Assembly (NCBI GenBank): GCA_964486455.1 | Contig: CAZAMP010000006.1 | Coordinates: forward strand, 32,949 to 96,948 | Origin: an uncultured bacterium | GTDB taxonomy: Bacteria > Eisenbacteria > RBG-16-71-46 > CAZAMP01 | Reading direction: 5' to 3' | DNA length: 64,000 nucleotides | Shown: piece by piece, positions 9,095 through 17,299 of the stretch | Layout of the letters: every line of letters begins with the position of its first letter | How positions within the stretch are numbered: position 1 is the first letter of the stretch | Translations under genes and position numbers: made by a program | The notes under the pieces: generated by a model | What the model saw: only the letters and a program-made list of their open reading frames with translations | Databases searched by the model: none | Told to the model about the DNA's origin: nothing

Positions 9095-9657
9095 GCACGA
9101 TCAATCTGGTCCCTCCCGAGAGGCTCGCGCGTTTCGAGGCCGTACGCTGTGCCCGGCTGTGGGCCCGGCGTCTGACGTCGGTCATCGTGCTCCTGGCCAT
9201 GATCTACGGCGGCCTCCTCTACCTCTCGGCCGGGCTGGAAGACGAAGCCGAGCGACTCCGCGTGACCTACTTGGATCTGAAGGAGACGCTCAATGGCGCC
9301 GAAGACCTTATTAGGGAACGGGATAGGCTGGACGAGCGCCGGTTGGCCATCCGGACCGTCCAGGAGGACCGCGCATCGGCGGGGCTCCTGGAGCTTCTGG
9401 CCAAGGCGCTTCCGCTGAGGAGCCATCTGGACTTCTTCAGCCTCAGCCGCGCGGACGATGCAGTCGGGACCGTGAGAATCCGGGGACGGGCGCTGGGGCA
9501 CCAGGAGGTCGGCGTAATTCTGAGTCGACTGAACGCCGCCGGCGTTTTCGTCGACGTACGTCTCGTCGCGGTCACCGAAGACCACGACGCGCAAAGCGGG
9601 GATGCGGTCTCATTCGAGATTCAGTGCGGTCTGAAAGGAACGTCTCAGGATGCCTGA
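9091..9657 (+). CDS. pilN: Type IV pilus assembly protein PilN
   Basis: MSTINLVPPE... followed by a single TM segment. ATGA overlap with the pilM stop. The 461-aa track ORF 8272..9657 is an artefactual upstream extension of this frame. Confidence 0.75.
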   Translation: MSTINLVPPERLARFEAVRCARLWARRLTSVIVLLAMIYGGLLYLSAGLEDEAERLRVTYLDLKETLNGAEDLIRERDRLDERRLAIRTVQEDRASAGLLELLAKALPLRSHLDFFSLSRADDAVGTVRIRGRALGHQEVGVILSRLNAAGVFVDVRLVAVTEDHDAQSGDAVSFEIQCGLKGTSQDA

Positions 9658-10189
9658 TCAGAAGAGGATTGCGCTGATCGCAAAGGGACTTCTCGCGCTG
9701 CTCATCGTCGTCTTTTCAGTGCTTTCGTCCCGAACGGCGATCGATCCGCTGATCAAGGCCACACGCGAACGGATCGAATACGGTGAGGCGGTGGGGTACC
9801 TCGCGGATGCCGAAACGCGCATGCAGGAGATACGAGACGAAAGGGCTGAAGCCGCCCACGCCGTGAAGGAGACCGAGCAACGTCTCCCGGGCGAGGTCAA
9901 TCTGGATGCCTTTCTGGGGGAGGTTGGCGAGATCGCCGCACGGACCGGAACACACATCGAACGGTTGCGACCGGGGGAACATGCGTCACGTCCCCTGTTC
10001 AGGCAGCTCGCAATGGATGTTCGGGTGACCGGCCCATTTTTGAGCATCTACGAGTTCATTTGTGAGCTCGAGCGATCCCAGCACCTCACGCGAATTCAAA
10101 ACGTGACGCTTCTCGGCGACCGGATGGGCGGTGAATGTGCCGCCGATATGCGCGTCGCCCTCATCTATGCGAAGAGCTCCGGAGGCTAG
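9650..10189 (+). CDS. pilO: Type IV pilus assembly protein PilO
   Basis: N-terminal TM segment then coiled-coil and periplasmic domain. Position between pilN and pilP. Confidence 0.65.
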   Translation: MPDQKRIALIAKGLLALLIVVFSVLSSRTAIDPLIKATRERIEYGEAVGYLADAETRMQEIRDERAEAAHAVKETEQRLPGEVNLDAFLGEVGEIAARTGTHIERLRPGEHASRPLFRQLAMDVRVTGPFLSIYEFICELERSQHLTRIQNVTLLGDRMGGECAADMRVALIYAKSSGG

Positions 10190-10191
10190 CG

Positions 10192-10722
10192 GTGCCAAGC
10201 GAACGGTTCAGCATTCCATTCCTCAGCAAGATCCAAGGTCGACCAGCGATCGCCATCGGTCTGGGGGTCGGACTGCTCGTTGTCATGGTCTCCCTACCCG
10301 TCGGACTGAAGAAGAAACCCGCCCCCTCGCCCACCAAGGACGCGCTGGCATTGATACAGGCGCTCGACGCCCAGCTGGCCACGCGGGACGGCGTTGCCGA
10401 CGCGGGTTCCTTGGAGACAGAAGGCTCGGCTCGAGGGGCTCTTCGGAGAGACATCTTCTCGGCGGATGCGCTCAGACCGAAGCCGGTTGCCCGGCCGACC
10501 GAAGAGCGGGCGCGCCAGATCGAGGAACCGCCGCAAGTGCCGGATCTCGAGGTCATGGCCATACTCGTTGACGGGCATCTGAGACAGGCCGTGATATCGG
10601 GCCGCGCCGTCGCCGAAGGGGATTCCGTCGGCGGCTACTGGGTCATCGAAATCACTCCCGAATCGATCCTGCTGTGGAACGACGACGGGTTCAAGACACT
10701 CACATGGGGGAAAAACCGATGA
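10192..10722 (+). CDS. pilP: Type IV pilus assembly protein PilP-like
   Basis: GTG start 10192 just after the pilO stop. TM/signal segment AIAIGLGVGLLVVMVSL. Lies immediately upstream of the secretin. Confidence 0.55.
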   Translation: MPSERFSIPFLSKIQGRPAIAIGLGVGLLVVMVSLPVGLKKKPAPSPTKDALALIQALDAQLATRDGVADAGSLETEGSARGALRRDIFSADALRPKPVARPTEERARQIEEPPQVPDLEVMAILVDGHLRQAVISGRAVAEGDSVGGYWVIEITPESILLWNDDGFKTLTWGKNR

Positions 10723-12068
10723 GCACGCGTCGGCGGGACGTCTCTCCGCTCATGTTACGCAATCAGCTCTTGTCACGCATACCGCTCGCGTCACGCGTAT
10801 CACTCGGACCGGCCTGGTTTGTCGTGGCGGTGATCATGCTGATGAGCGCCTCGTTCGCCCCCGATGCGGCTGCGGACGATCCGACTTCGACGGCGCCGGC
10901 TGTGGAACCGACTCCGGTCACCCTGTCGGCCCGCAACCTCGACATCCAAGACATCCTGACGATGTTGGCGAACTCGCGAGGGCTCAACATCATCAGCGGC
11001 AGCGAGGTCCGGGGCACCGTCTCCTTGGAGCTTCGCGACGTGCCGTTCAATCAAGCGCTCCGCGCCATCGTGGCGATGGCGGGGTACGAGGTTAATCGCA
11101 AGGGCAACATCTACTTCGTTCGTCTGCCGGTCGGAGTGGATCCCCGCGAGTCACTCATGCGAACGGTGCAGACGTTTAGACTCAACTACGCGAAACCGGA
11201 AGAGATCCTTCCCGTGGTGCAGGCGGGCCTCTCTCCCGAAGGGCAGGCCACGAGCTATTCGCCCATCCGGGCGATCGTCGTGGAGGACAAGCCATCGGTT
11301 TTGGAGCACATCGCGTCCGTCGTCTCGTCGCTGGATCGTCCTCCACGCCAGGTCCTCATTGAGGCTCAGGTCCTCGAGGCCCGCTTGTCGAGCGACGTCC
11401 GCTTCGGCATCGACTGGTCGCTCGTCTTCTCCACCCACGAGGGGAGCGGAGACGTTGTGGTCGACGGCTTCGCGAGCCCGGGCGGGCTCGGCGCCGAGGG
11501 CGTCTTCGTCTCATGGGGTGAAGGTGATTTCCTGAGTTCACTCGAGATGATGCAGGGGATCGATGATCTGCAGTCGCTGGCATCGCCGCAGGTGCTCACG
11601 GTCGACGGACAGAAGGCGGAGATCATCATCGGTGGTCAGCTCGGCTTTCCCGTTGTCACGACGGTCGAGAACACCGTCATCCAGTCGGTCGAGTTTCTCG
11701 ACGTCGGCACCCAGCTCGTGCTGACACCCACGATTACCGAAGACGGCTTCGTCCTCATGGAAATCCATCCCGAGCTATCCGATGGAAAGGTGGAAGCGGG
11801 TCTTCCATCGAAGACCACGACGGAGGTCACGACGAAGGTGTTGGTCAAGGACGGTCAGACGATCTTTGTCGGTGGCCTGATCCGCGATCGGAACGAGACG
11901 ACCCGCAACGGGATCCCGCTCCTGATGAGCATCCCTCTGCTCGGTCACCTTTTCGGCAAGACGACCCACTCTGTGGAAAAGAGCGAGATCATCGCCTTGA
12001 TCACGCCTCACATCGTCGAGGCCGGTGCTGAGGTCGCCTACAGGCAGGCAGGCTACGTCGAGCAGTAG
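10719..12068 (+). CDS. pilQ: Secretin (PilQ/GspD family), short form (about 449 aa)
   Basis: Secretin N-domains (NLDIQDILTMLANSRGLNIISG...VSLELRDVPFNQALRAIV) and C-terminal secretin domain (...GIPLLMSIPLLGHLFG...ALITPHIV). ATG 10719 overlaps the pilP stop. Confidence 0.85.
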   Translation: MSTRRRDVSPLMLRNQLLSRIPLASRVSLGPAWFVVAVIMLMSASFAPDAAADDPTSTAPAVEPTPVTLSARNLDIQDILTMLANSRGLNIISGSEVRGTVSLELRDVPFNQALRAIVAMAGYEVNRKGNIYFVRLPVGVDPRESLMRTVQTFRLNYAKPEEILPVVQAGLSPEGQATSYSPIRAIVVEDKPSVLEHIASVVSSLDRPPRQVLIEAQVLEARLSSDVRFGIDWSLVFSTHEGSGDVVVDGFASPGGLGAEGVFVSWGEGDFLSSLEMMQGIDDLQSLASPQVLTVDGQKAEIIIGGQLGFPVVTTVENTVIQSVEFLDVGTQLVLTPTITEDGFVLMEIHPELSDGKVEAGLPSKTTTEVTTKVLVKDGQTIFVGGLIRDRNETTRNGIPLLMSIPLLGHLFGKTTHSVEKSEIIALITPHIVEAGAEVAYRQAGYVEQ

Positions 12069-12218
12069 CCGAGTCGGCAGTTGACCGAATCCGGCGGGGT
12101 AGCGCAGCGCCCACGCGCGCCGTTCCGCTGGACGCGCACACACTTCACCAACGCGCCGTGTCGGTCGGGGCCTGATGAGATCGATCAGCGCGTCGCATGA
12201 GCGGCCGCGCGCACGACT

Positions 12219-13781
12219 TCAGGTTGTCGGCCCGGCTCCTTTCCTGGGATATCGTCCCCGGCCCTCCATTTTTCCACGCCCGCGGTAGGACCTTCGAGTG
12301 TTCGCTCGATTTTGTACCCGGGTAGAATCGCATATGTTCTTGCGGATGCCCTTCTTACCTCGATTTTGTACCCGGGTAGAACCGCCGGACACCTTGCCGA
12401 TGATCTTGTCGGCTGCCTTCCGGGTGGTCTCGCCGGCAGTCTTGCGCCCCGCTTTGGCGGCGGATTTGCGTGCCGCCTCCGCGGCCGCCTCCGCGGCCGC
12501 CTCGCGCATGCGCCTCGCCCTCTCCGCTTTCCACTCCTTTCTGTGAAGCCATCGGTGACACGCGCCGCACATCGTGCGGAGATTGTCGATGTCATTGGAG
12601 CCGCCGGCTGTGACCTCGTCGTCGTGGTGGATGATCAGATTGTGGGTCGACCCGCAGCCCGCCACCGTGCAGCGATAGCCGTCCCGCTCGAACACTCTCC
12701 TGCGAACGCTCGGCGGGATGGCGGAGCGTTTGTGGACTCCGGGCGCGCAGATCTGCGCGTCGCAGAGCATGGCCTCGAGCGCCACCATGTCGATCGTTCT
12801 GTCGCCCTGGGAGGTGGGGACGTGGGCCTTTCCACACGACTCACACTGGTAGACGACGACCTGATAGGGAGAGTTCAGGTACACCACATGATCCGGGGCG
12901 GCGTTGCCGTTCGAGCCCGGAGAGCGGCGGGTGTCGTTCGCTCGGGGGTTTGCCTTCGCTCTGCGCACCGCCTTCTCGCTACGCGCCGCCTTCGCCCGGA
13001 GCGTCTCCGCCACCACGAGACTCTCCAGCCCGGCCAGGATCAGCTCCTCGCGTGGCGCTCGACGGCCAACCTTGCGGGCCTTCTCGGTAAGCGCTTCGAG
13101 GCGGGCGTACTGGACGGGTGACAAACGAAGCTGCACCGTTACCGGCACCTCGGCCGCCATATCGGCTTCCGGCACACTGCGGCACCCAAGGGCCTCGGTT
13201 CCGGCCCCGGCGTTCGGGTTCGCGGCCCCACGGTTCGGCCGGGGACCCGCCACCGCCGAGCCGTTCGCCGCCGAGCGCTCGGGGGTCGAAAGATCCAACG
13301 TCTTCTGGCCGGCCGCTTCCCGTCGCCGAACCCCGGACTTCCGCACCGCTCTCGCGCGTCTCTTCGTCTCCGCGACCGTCTGCTCCAGTTCGCGGCGCGA
13401 CGACGTCTTGGCCTTCTCGACCCAATCCTCCTCCGTCTTCGCCGTGGCGACCCCGACGATCCCACGGGCCTTCGTCCATGTGACGTCCCCCGTCAGGATC
13501 GCTTGTCTGAGCTTCGGCAGTGACTCGAGCGACCCGCTCAACTTGATGAACTGATAGGTTTTGCTCTGGGAGAAGCCGAGCGCCTGCGAGGCGTAGTCGT
13601 GGATCGAGGCGTGGCCAAGTTCTCGGTAGAGCTTCCGCCTCAGGACCTCCGAGAACCACAAGACGGCATTCCGTTCGGCATGTCGCATCTCGGCGACGGC
13701 TTCGCGAAGGCTCGAGTGGACCTCGGAGGCAGGTAGGCCGGGGCGATAGGCCGGGGCACTGGCTGGACGATACGTTTGCAT
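12219..13781 (-). CDS. DUF222 / HNH endonuclease family protein ('13E12-repeat'-type)
   Basis: DUF222-like N-region (ELGHASIHDYASQALGFSQSKTY...LESLPKLRQAILTGDVTWTKARGIV). HNH motif (CTVAGCGSTHNLIIHHDDEVTAGGSNDIDNLRTMCGACHRWLH). The Lys/Arg-rich C-terminal tail runs through the DNA direct repeats, so the true stop may lie upstream of 12219. Confidence 0.75.
   Translation of the reverse strand: MQTYRPASAPAYRPGLPASEVHSSLREAVAEMRHAERNAVLWFSEVLRRKLYRELGHASIHDYASQALGFSQSKTYQFIKLSGSLESLPKLRQAILTGDVTWTKARGIVGVATAKTEEDWVEKAKTSSRRELEQTVAETKRRARAVRKSGVRRREAAGQKTLDLSTPERSAANGSAVAGPRPNRGAANPNAGAGTEALGCRSVPEADMAAEVPVTVQLRLSPVQYARLEALTEKARKVGRRAPREELILAGLESLVVAETLRAKAARSEKAVRRAKANPRANDTRRSPGSNGNAAPDHVVYLNSPYQVVVYQCESCGKAHVPTSQGDRTIDMVALEAMLCDAQICAPGVHKRSAIPPSVRRRVFERDGYRCTVAGCGSTHNLIIHHDDEVTAGGSNDIDNLRTMCGACHRWLHRKEWKAERARRMREAAAEAAAEAARKSAAKAGRKTAGETTRKAADKIIGKVSGGSTRVQNRGKKGIRKNICDSTRVQNRANTRRSYRGRGKMEGRGRYPRKGAGPTT
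12306..12381. repeat. Two direct copies (54 bp apart) of TCGATTTTGTACCCGGGTAGAA at the 3' end of the HNH gene
   Basis: Read directly: copies at 12306-12327 and 12360-12381. The 14-bp core TTTGTACCCGGGTA lies at 12311-12324 and 12365-12378. Confidence 0.8.
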
Positions 13782-13947
13782 GGCCTCTCCTTCCTGAATA
13801 AGGCTTGGGAGAGAGACCGGGGAAGGTCAGATTAGTTAAGACTGCCCAGATGAGCAAGGAGAAATCGCGAAGAATGCAAACCGACTGGCAGGCGAAGGAC
13901 GACGCCGATCGCCGCCCAACAGACTATGCGGCAATATGAAATGGATG

Positions 13948-14170
13948 ATGCGATGCCTTGCCGATAGAATGCGAGGCGTTGCCGATAGAACGCGATGCCT
14001 TGGGTGGCTCCACGAGTCTACGTGACGGCCATGGAGCTGTGGGCGGCGATGTGCCCTCCGGCCAGCGGCGGGTTCGCCGGCCACCGAAAGGCGCTCCGGC
14101 CAGAGGAGGGTTCGCCGACCGCCGAATGGTCCAGCGGCCAGCGGAGAGTCTCCCGGCCGCCGGAAGGTCC
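13948..14170. repeat. Degenerate tandem repeats in an intergenic region: 2 copies of an approximately 21-bp unit (GCCGATAGAAYGCGA...) and 3 copies of an approximately 38-bp unit (CTCCGGCCAGCGGCGGGTTCGCCGGCCACCGAAAGGCG-like)
   Basis: Read directly. Lies between the HNH gene start (13781) and the SHMT-like gene stop (14193). Confidence 0.7.
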
Positions 14171-14192
14171 GCAGGAAAGGTCATCAGCCGGA

Positions 14193-15638
14193 TCAGCCCT
14201 GGTTCTTCGCGATCGACAGCAGGTTTTCCGCAAAACGCCCCGCGTACTCCCCGCGCGGGAAGACCGACGTCAGAAGCCGAGCGCCTAGATCGGCGGCTTC
14301 ATCCTGAGGTAGGCAGAACTTCATCTCCCCGAAGCCGGCGCGATAGCCCGCTACCTCGTCGCCGACCTCCTCGTTCTTCCTGATGACCGCGGCGAAGAAG
14401 TCCGCCAGCGGCTCGAAATCACGCTCGATCATCCCGAAGCGCGTCATCTCTTGAACGCCGAGACGCAGCCCGCTCGAGTTGAGGAAGCTCTCGTCGTCCG
14501 GTAACGCCTGGTAGTTGCAGACGAGGTTGTTCTTCTCTAACCGCTCGGCCAGCTCTTCACCGGTGCCGTACTCACTCACTCGCAAAAGCACCTGGTGAGT
14601 CTCGGTATAGCCGTCGGCCGGATCACCCTCCACCTGCAGACCGCCCGCCGCCAACGCGGCCGCGAACGCCTTCGCGTTGCGACGAACCTGCTCCTGATAC
14701 TCGCTCTTGAACGTGTTCATCTCGTAGGCGGCGACGAGAAGACCGAGAAGCGTCCCCAGATGATGGTTCGACGTCGAGCCGGGGAACGCTCGGCTCTTGA
14801 TCTCCAGCCATAGCTTGCGGAGAGGATGCCCCTTCGGCATCACGCCGGCCACCACTCCGCGCTGGGGACCGAAGAAGGTCTTGTGCGTACTTCCCGTGAC
14901 GACATCGGCGCCATCCTGAAACGGCTCCTGAAACGCCCCGTATAGACCGAGCACGTGGGCCATGTCGTACATGATGACGGGCCGGTGATCCCACTCCCGC
15001 ACGTGATCCGCCACCTGTTTCACCGGCTCCGGATAAAGGAACATGCTCTTTCCGAAAATGACCAGGTCGGGACGGACGTCCGGCAGCATCGCGATGAGCT
15101 TGTCCACGTCCAAACGATACGGGTTGTCGGAGCGGATCGGGAAGTTCGTTACCGCCTCTTTGCCCGTGTCGCCGTCGATCTCGACGTAGTTGTAGAGCGC
15201 GCCCATGGGCTGGGAGCTCAAATGGCCGCCCTTGGTCAGGTCGTTGTTCATGACGCGCCGCATTCGCATCTGGCCCGTCGAGTTCTTGCCGCGATTCAGA
15301 AATTTCGTGACGGCCTTGAAGACGATCTCGTTCGACATCTGCCCGCTGATCGGTCGAAGCTCCACTTCAGAACAACCGAAATAGGTCGCCATCGCTTCGC
15401 GGGCGGCCTCTTCTACGTCCCGGATGAAATTGATCCCCTGGTAGAAGTAGATTTCCTTGCCCTTCATCGTCCGGTGCTCGGCGTACCGACCTGCCGGATC
15501 GGAGATCTCGCACATCTTGACGATGAGGCTCGGCGTCGACTCCGAAGGAATCAAGTTGAAGCAGCGACGCTGCCTCCAGACGTTGTTGGCAACGGTCTTC
15601 TCCGCAAGCGCTCGAATCTTCTCCGAAAGATCACTCAT
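14193..15638 (-). CDS. Serine hydroxymethyltransferase-family PLP enzyme (divergent, about 481 aa)
   Basis: LIPSESTPS (cf. LIASENFTS) and GSTHKTFFGPQRG (cf. THKTLRGPRGG) motifs. Start set at MSDLSEK (ATG 15638). The 541-aa track ORF has an arginine-rich N-extension. Confidence 0.7.
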   Translation of the reverse strand: MSDLSEKIRALAEKTVANNVWRQRRCFNLIPSESTPSLIVKMCEISDPAGRYAEHRTMKGKEIYFYQGINFIRDVEEAAREAMATYFGCSEVELRPISGQMSNEIVFKAVTKFLNRGKNSTGQMRMRRVMNNDLTKGGHLSSQPMGALYNYVEIDGDTGKEAVTNFPIRSDNPYRLDVDKLIAMLPDVRPDLVIFGKSMFLYPEPVKQVADHVREWDHRPVIMYDMAHVLGLYGAFQEPFQDGADVVTGSTHKTFFGPQRGVVAGVMPKGHPLRKLWLEIKSRAFPGSTSNHHLGTLLGLLVAAYEMNTFKSEYQEQVRRNAKAFAAALAAGGLQVEGDPADGYTETHQVLLRVSEYGTGEELAERLEKNNLVCNYQALPDDESFLNSSGLRLGVQEMTRFGMIERDFEPLADFFAAVIRKNEEVGDEVAGYRAGFGEMKFCLPQDEAADLGARLLTSVFPRGEYAGRFAENLLSIAKNQG

Positions 15639-16149
15639 CTGCCGTCTCCCCCTCCGTCCGGGGCCTCCCCGCGAGCGAAATCTCCTCGCGAATCGCGACA
15701 TAGGAGCGCTCCAGATGCCCTTCGATGATTGCATAGCTTCGGCTGTAGTCCTCGATATCGCCGCCGATCGGGTCGAAGATAGCCATGTCGATGGCAAAGT
15801 CCTCTCCGCTCGCGGCATACCCGCCCAGGAGATGCGACTTCGCCTCGGCGCCGGGACATAGCCTCAAGATCTCGTAGAGGTGATTGGCCTCCATGGCGAA
15901 CACGAGGTCCGCCTTCGCGATCAGATCGCGATGCAGAAGTCTCGACGAGTGACCGGAGACGTCTATCCCCTCTTCCGCGGCGATCGTCACGCCGTGCGCT
16001 GATGCGGGGAAACCTTCCTGCGCGTAGGTACCCGCAGACGACACCTCGACGTTCGGCACGAGGTCGCGCGTGAGCCAGTGACGCAGGATTCCTTCCGCCA
16101 TCGGACTTCTGCAGATATTGCCCGTGCACACAAACAGAACGTGGAACAT
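15631..16149 (-). CDS. Low-molecular-weight protein tyrosine phosphatase / arsenate-reductase family
   Basis: N-terminal CX5R P-loop: MFHVLFVCTGNICRSPMAEG. Confidence 0.85.
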   Translation of the reverse strand: MFHVLFVCTGNICRSPMAEGILRHWLTRDLVPNVEVSSAGTYAQEGFPASAHGVTIAAEEGIDVSGHSSRLLHRDLIAKADLVFAMEANHLYEILRLCPGAEAKSHLLGGYAASGEDFAIDMAIFDPIGGDIEDYSRSYAIIEGHLERSYVAIREEISLAGRPRTEGETADE

Positions 16150-16185
16150 TGGAATCTCCCTGGGCGCGCACCGGCTCGCCCGCCA

Positions 16186-16809
16186 CTACGACAGTTTCAA
16201 CGATCCTTGGCGAAGCAAACGAACCTCGGACCCAGTGGCCTCGACGATGGTGGAGGCCATGCCGTCGAGTTCCTCTTCGGCGTCGAGAATGAGATCGAGA
16301 TGGGGGCCGAACGTGTCCGCGATCTTCGCCGCGGAGGAGAGTGGTGTTTCCCCGATCAGATTCGCGCTCGTGGACACGATCGGGCCGCCGAAGGCTTTCA
16401 GAATCTCGAGCGATAGCACGTGGTTCGGATGCCTGAGCGCGATCCTGCCGTTCTCCGAGATCACCGCGGAGGGGGCGCCATCGCCCGCATCGAGAATCAT
16501 CGTGAGCGGACCCGGCCAGTATCGGCCGCACAATTTCTCGGCCTCTTCGTTGCGAACCGGAGCGAGTCTCGCGAGCCAGTCGGCGGAGCCGTCGAAGAGG
16601 ACGACGAACGGTCGCTGGCCCAGGTGCCCCTTCATCATGCTGATCTTCAGCACGGCAGGCTCGTCGAAGGCGCTACAGCTCAGACCGTAGATGGTGTCGG
16701 ACGGCAGCGCGAGCAATCCACCACGGCGCAGGATCTCCGCCGTCTCTTCGACGAGATCCGTCGGCGGCGCGGCGACGCTCACCTTTCGGATATTTTCCTT
16801 CGACATCAC
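16186..16809 (-). CDS. tsaC: L-threonylcarbamoyladenylate synthase (YrdC/Sua5/TsaC family)
   Basis: YrdC-domain motifs (LALPSDTIYGLSCSAFD). 207 aa. Confidence 0.8.
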   Translation of the reverse strand: MMSKENIRKVSVAAPPTDLVEETAEILRRGGLLALPSDTIYGLSCSAFDEPAVLKISMMKGHLGQRPFVVLFDGSADWLARLAPVRNEEAEKLCGRYWPGPLTMILDAGDGAPSAVISENGRIALRHPNHVLSLEILKAFGGPIVSTSANLIGETPLSSAAKIADTFGPHLDLILDAEEELDGMASTIVEATGSEVRLLRQGSLKLS

Positions 16810-16810
16810 G

Positions 16811-17299
16811 TCAAAGCCGCCTTCCCTCGGCGAGATCCGCCTTCAGACACTCCAATGCCCTCGCGACGGTCTCGTCGCCCACCGCGAGGATTTGAGCCGC
16901 CAGAATAGCCGCGTTCTTCGCACCGGCCTTGCCGACCGCCACGGTGGCAACCGGGACGCCGGGTGGCATCTGTACGATCGAAAGAAGCGCGTCCAGCCCG
17001 GAGAGCGGCGAACCGTCGAGCGGCACACCGATGACCGGCAGCGTCGTGTGCGCGGCAACCGCCCCCGGCAACGCCGCGCTCATGCCGGCGCCGGCGATGA
17101 TCACGCGCACGCCTTGATCGCGCGCCGTGCGTGAGTACTCCGCCACCACCTCCGGCGTGCGATGAGCGGACGCCACGGTCACGTCATGAGCAATGCCGAG
17201 TCGTTCGAGCACGGCGGCGGTCGCCTCCATGGTCGGCCGATCCGACTCCGATCCCATAATGATGCCGACGACCGGGCGACTAGCTTGATGATCGGACAT
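16811..17299 (-). CDS. purE: N5-carboxyaminoimidazole ribonucleotide mutase
   Basis: [12 protein letters not shown]...[28 protein letters not shown]. Start set at MSDHQ (ATG 17299). The longer track ORF overlaps purD. Confidence 0.9.
   Translation of the reverse strand: MSDHQASRPVVGIIMGSESDRPTMEATAAVLERLGIAHDVTVASAHRTPEVVAEYSRTARDQGVRVIIAGAGMSAALPGAVAAHTTLPVIGVPLDGSPLSGLDALLSIVQMPPGVPVATVAVGKAGAKNAAILAAQILAVGDETVARALECLKADLAEGRRL

Noticed and set aside
8272-9657. 461-aa plus-strand ORF spanning pilM and pilN
   Set aside because: Only the last roughly 188 aa (from ATG 9091, MSTINLVPPE...) look like a real protein (PilN). The upstream part is an Arg/Gly-rich alternate-frame read-through of pilM, typical of high-GC DNA.
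12979-13857. 292-aa minus-strand ORF in an alternate frame over the HNH gene, and the antisense 269-aa ORF 12312..13121
   Set aside because: Low-complexity Arg/Gly/Pro-rich translations with no motifs. The HNH/DUF222 frame carries the recognisable domains.
12068-14192. Possibility of a prophage or integrative element at the HNH locus
   Set aside because: No integrase, transposase or tRNA at the boundaries, and only one gene. It is called at most a small selfish HNH/DUF222 element rather than a prophage or ICE.
15635-16531. 298-aa minus-strand ORF overlapping the PTP and tsaC genes in another frame
   Set aside because: Arg-rich low-complexity translation. The PTP (CX5R) and YrdC frames carry real motifs.
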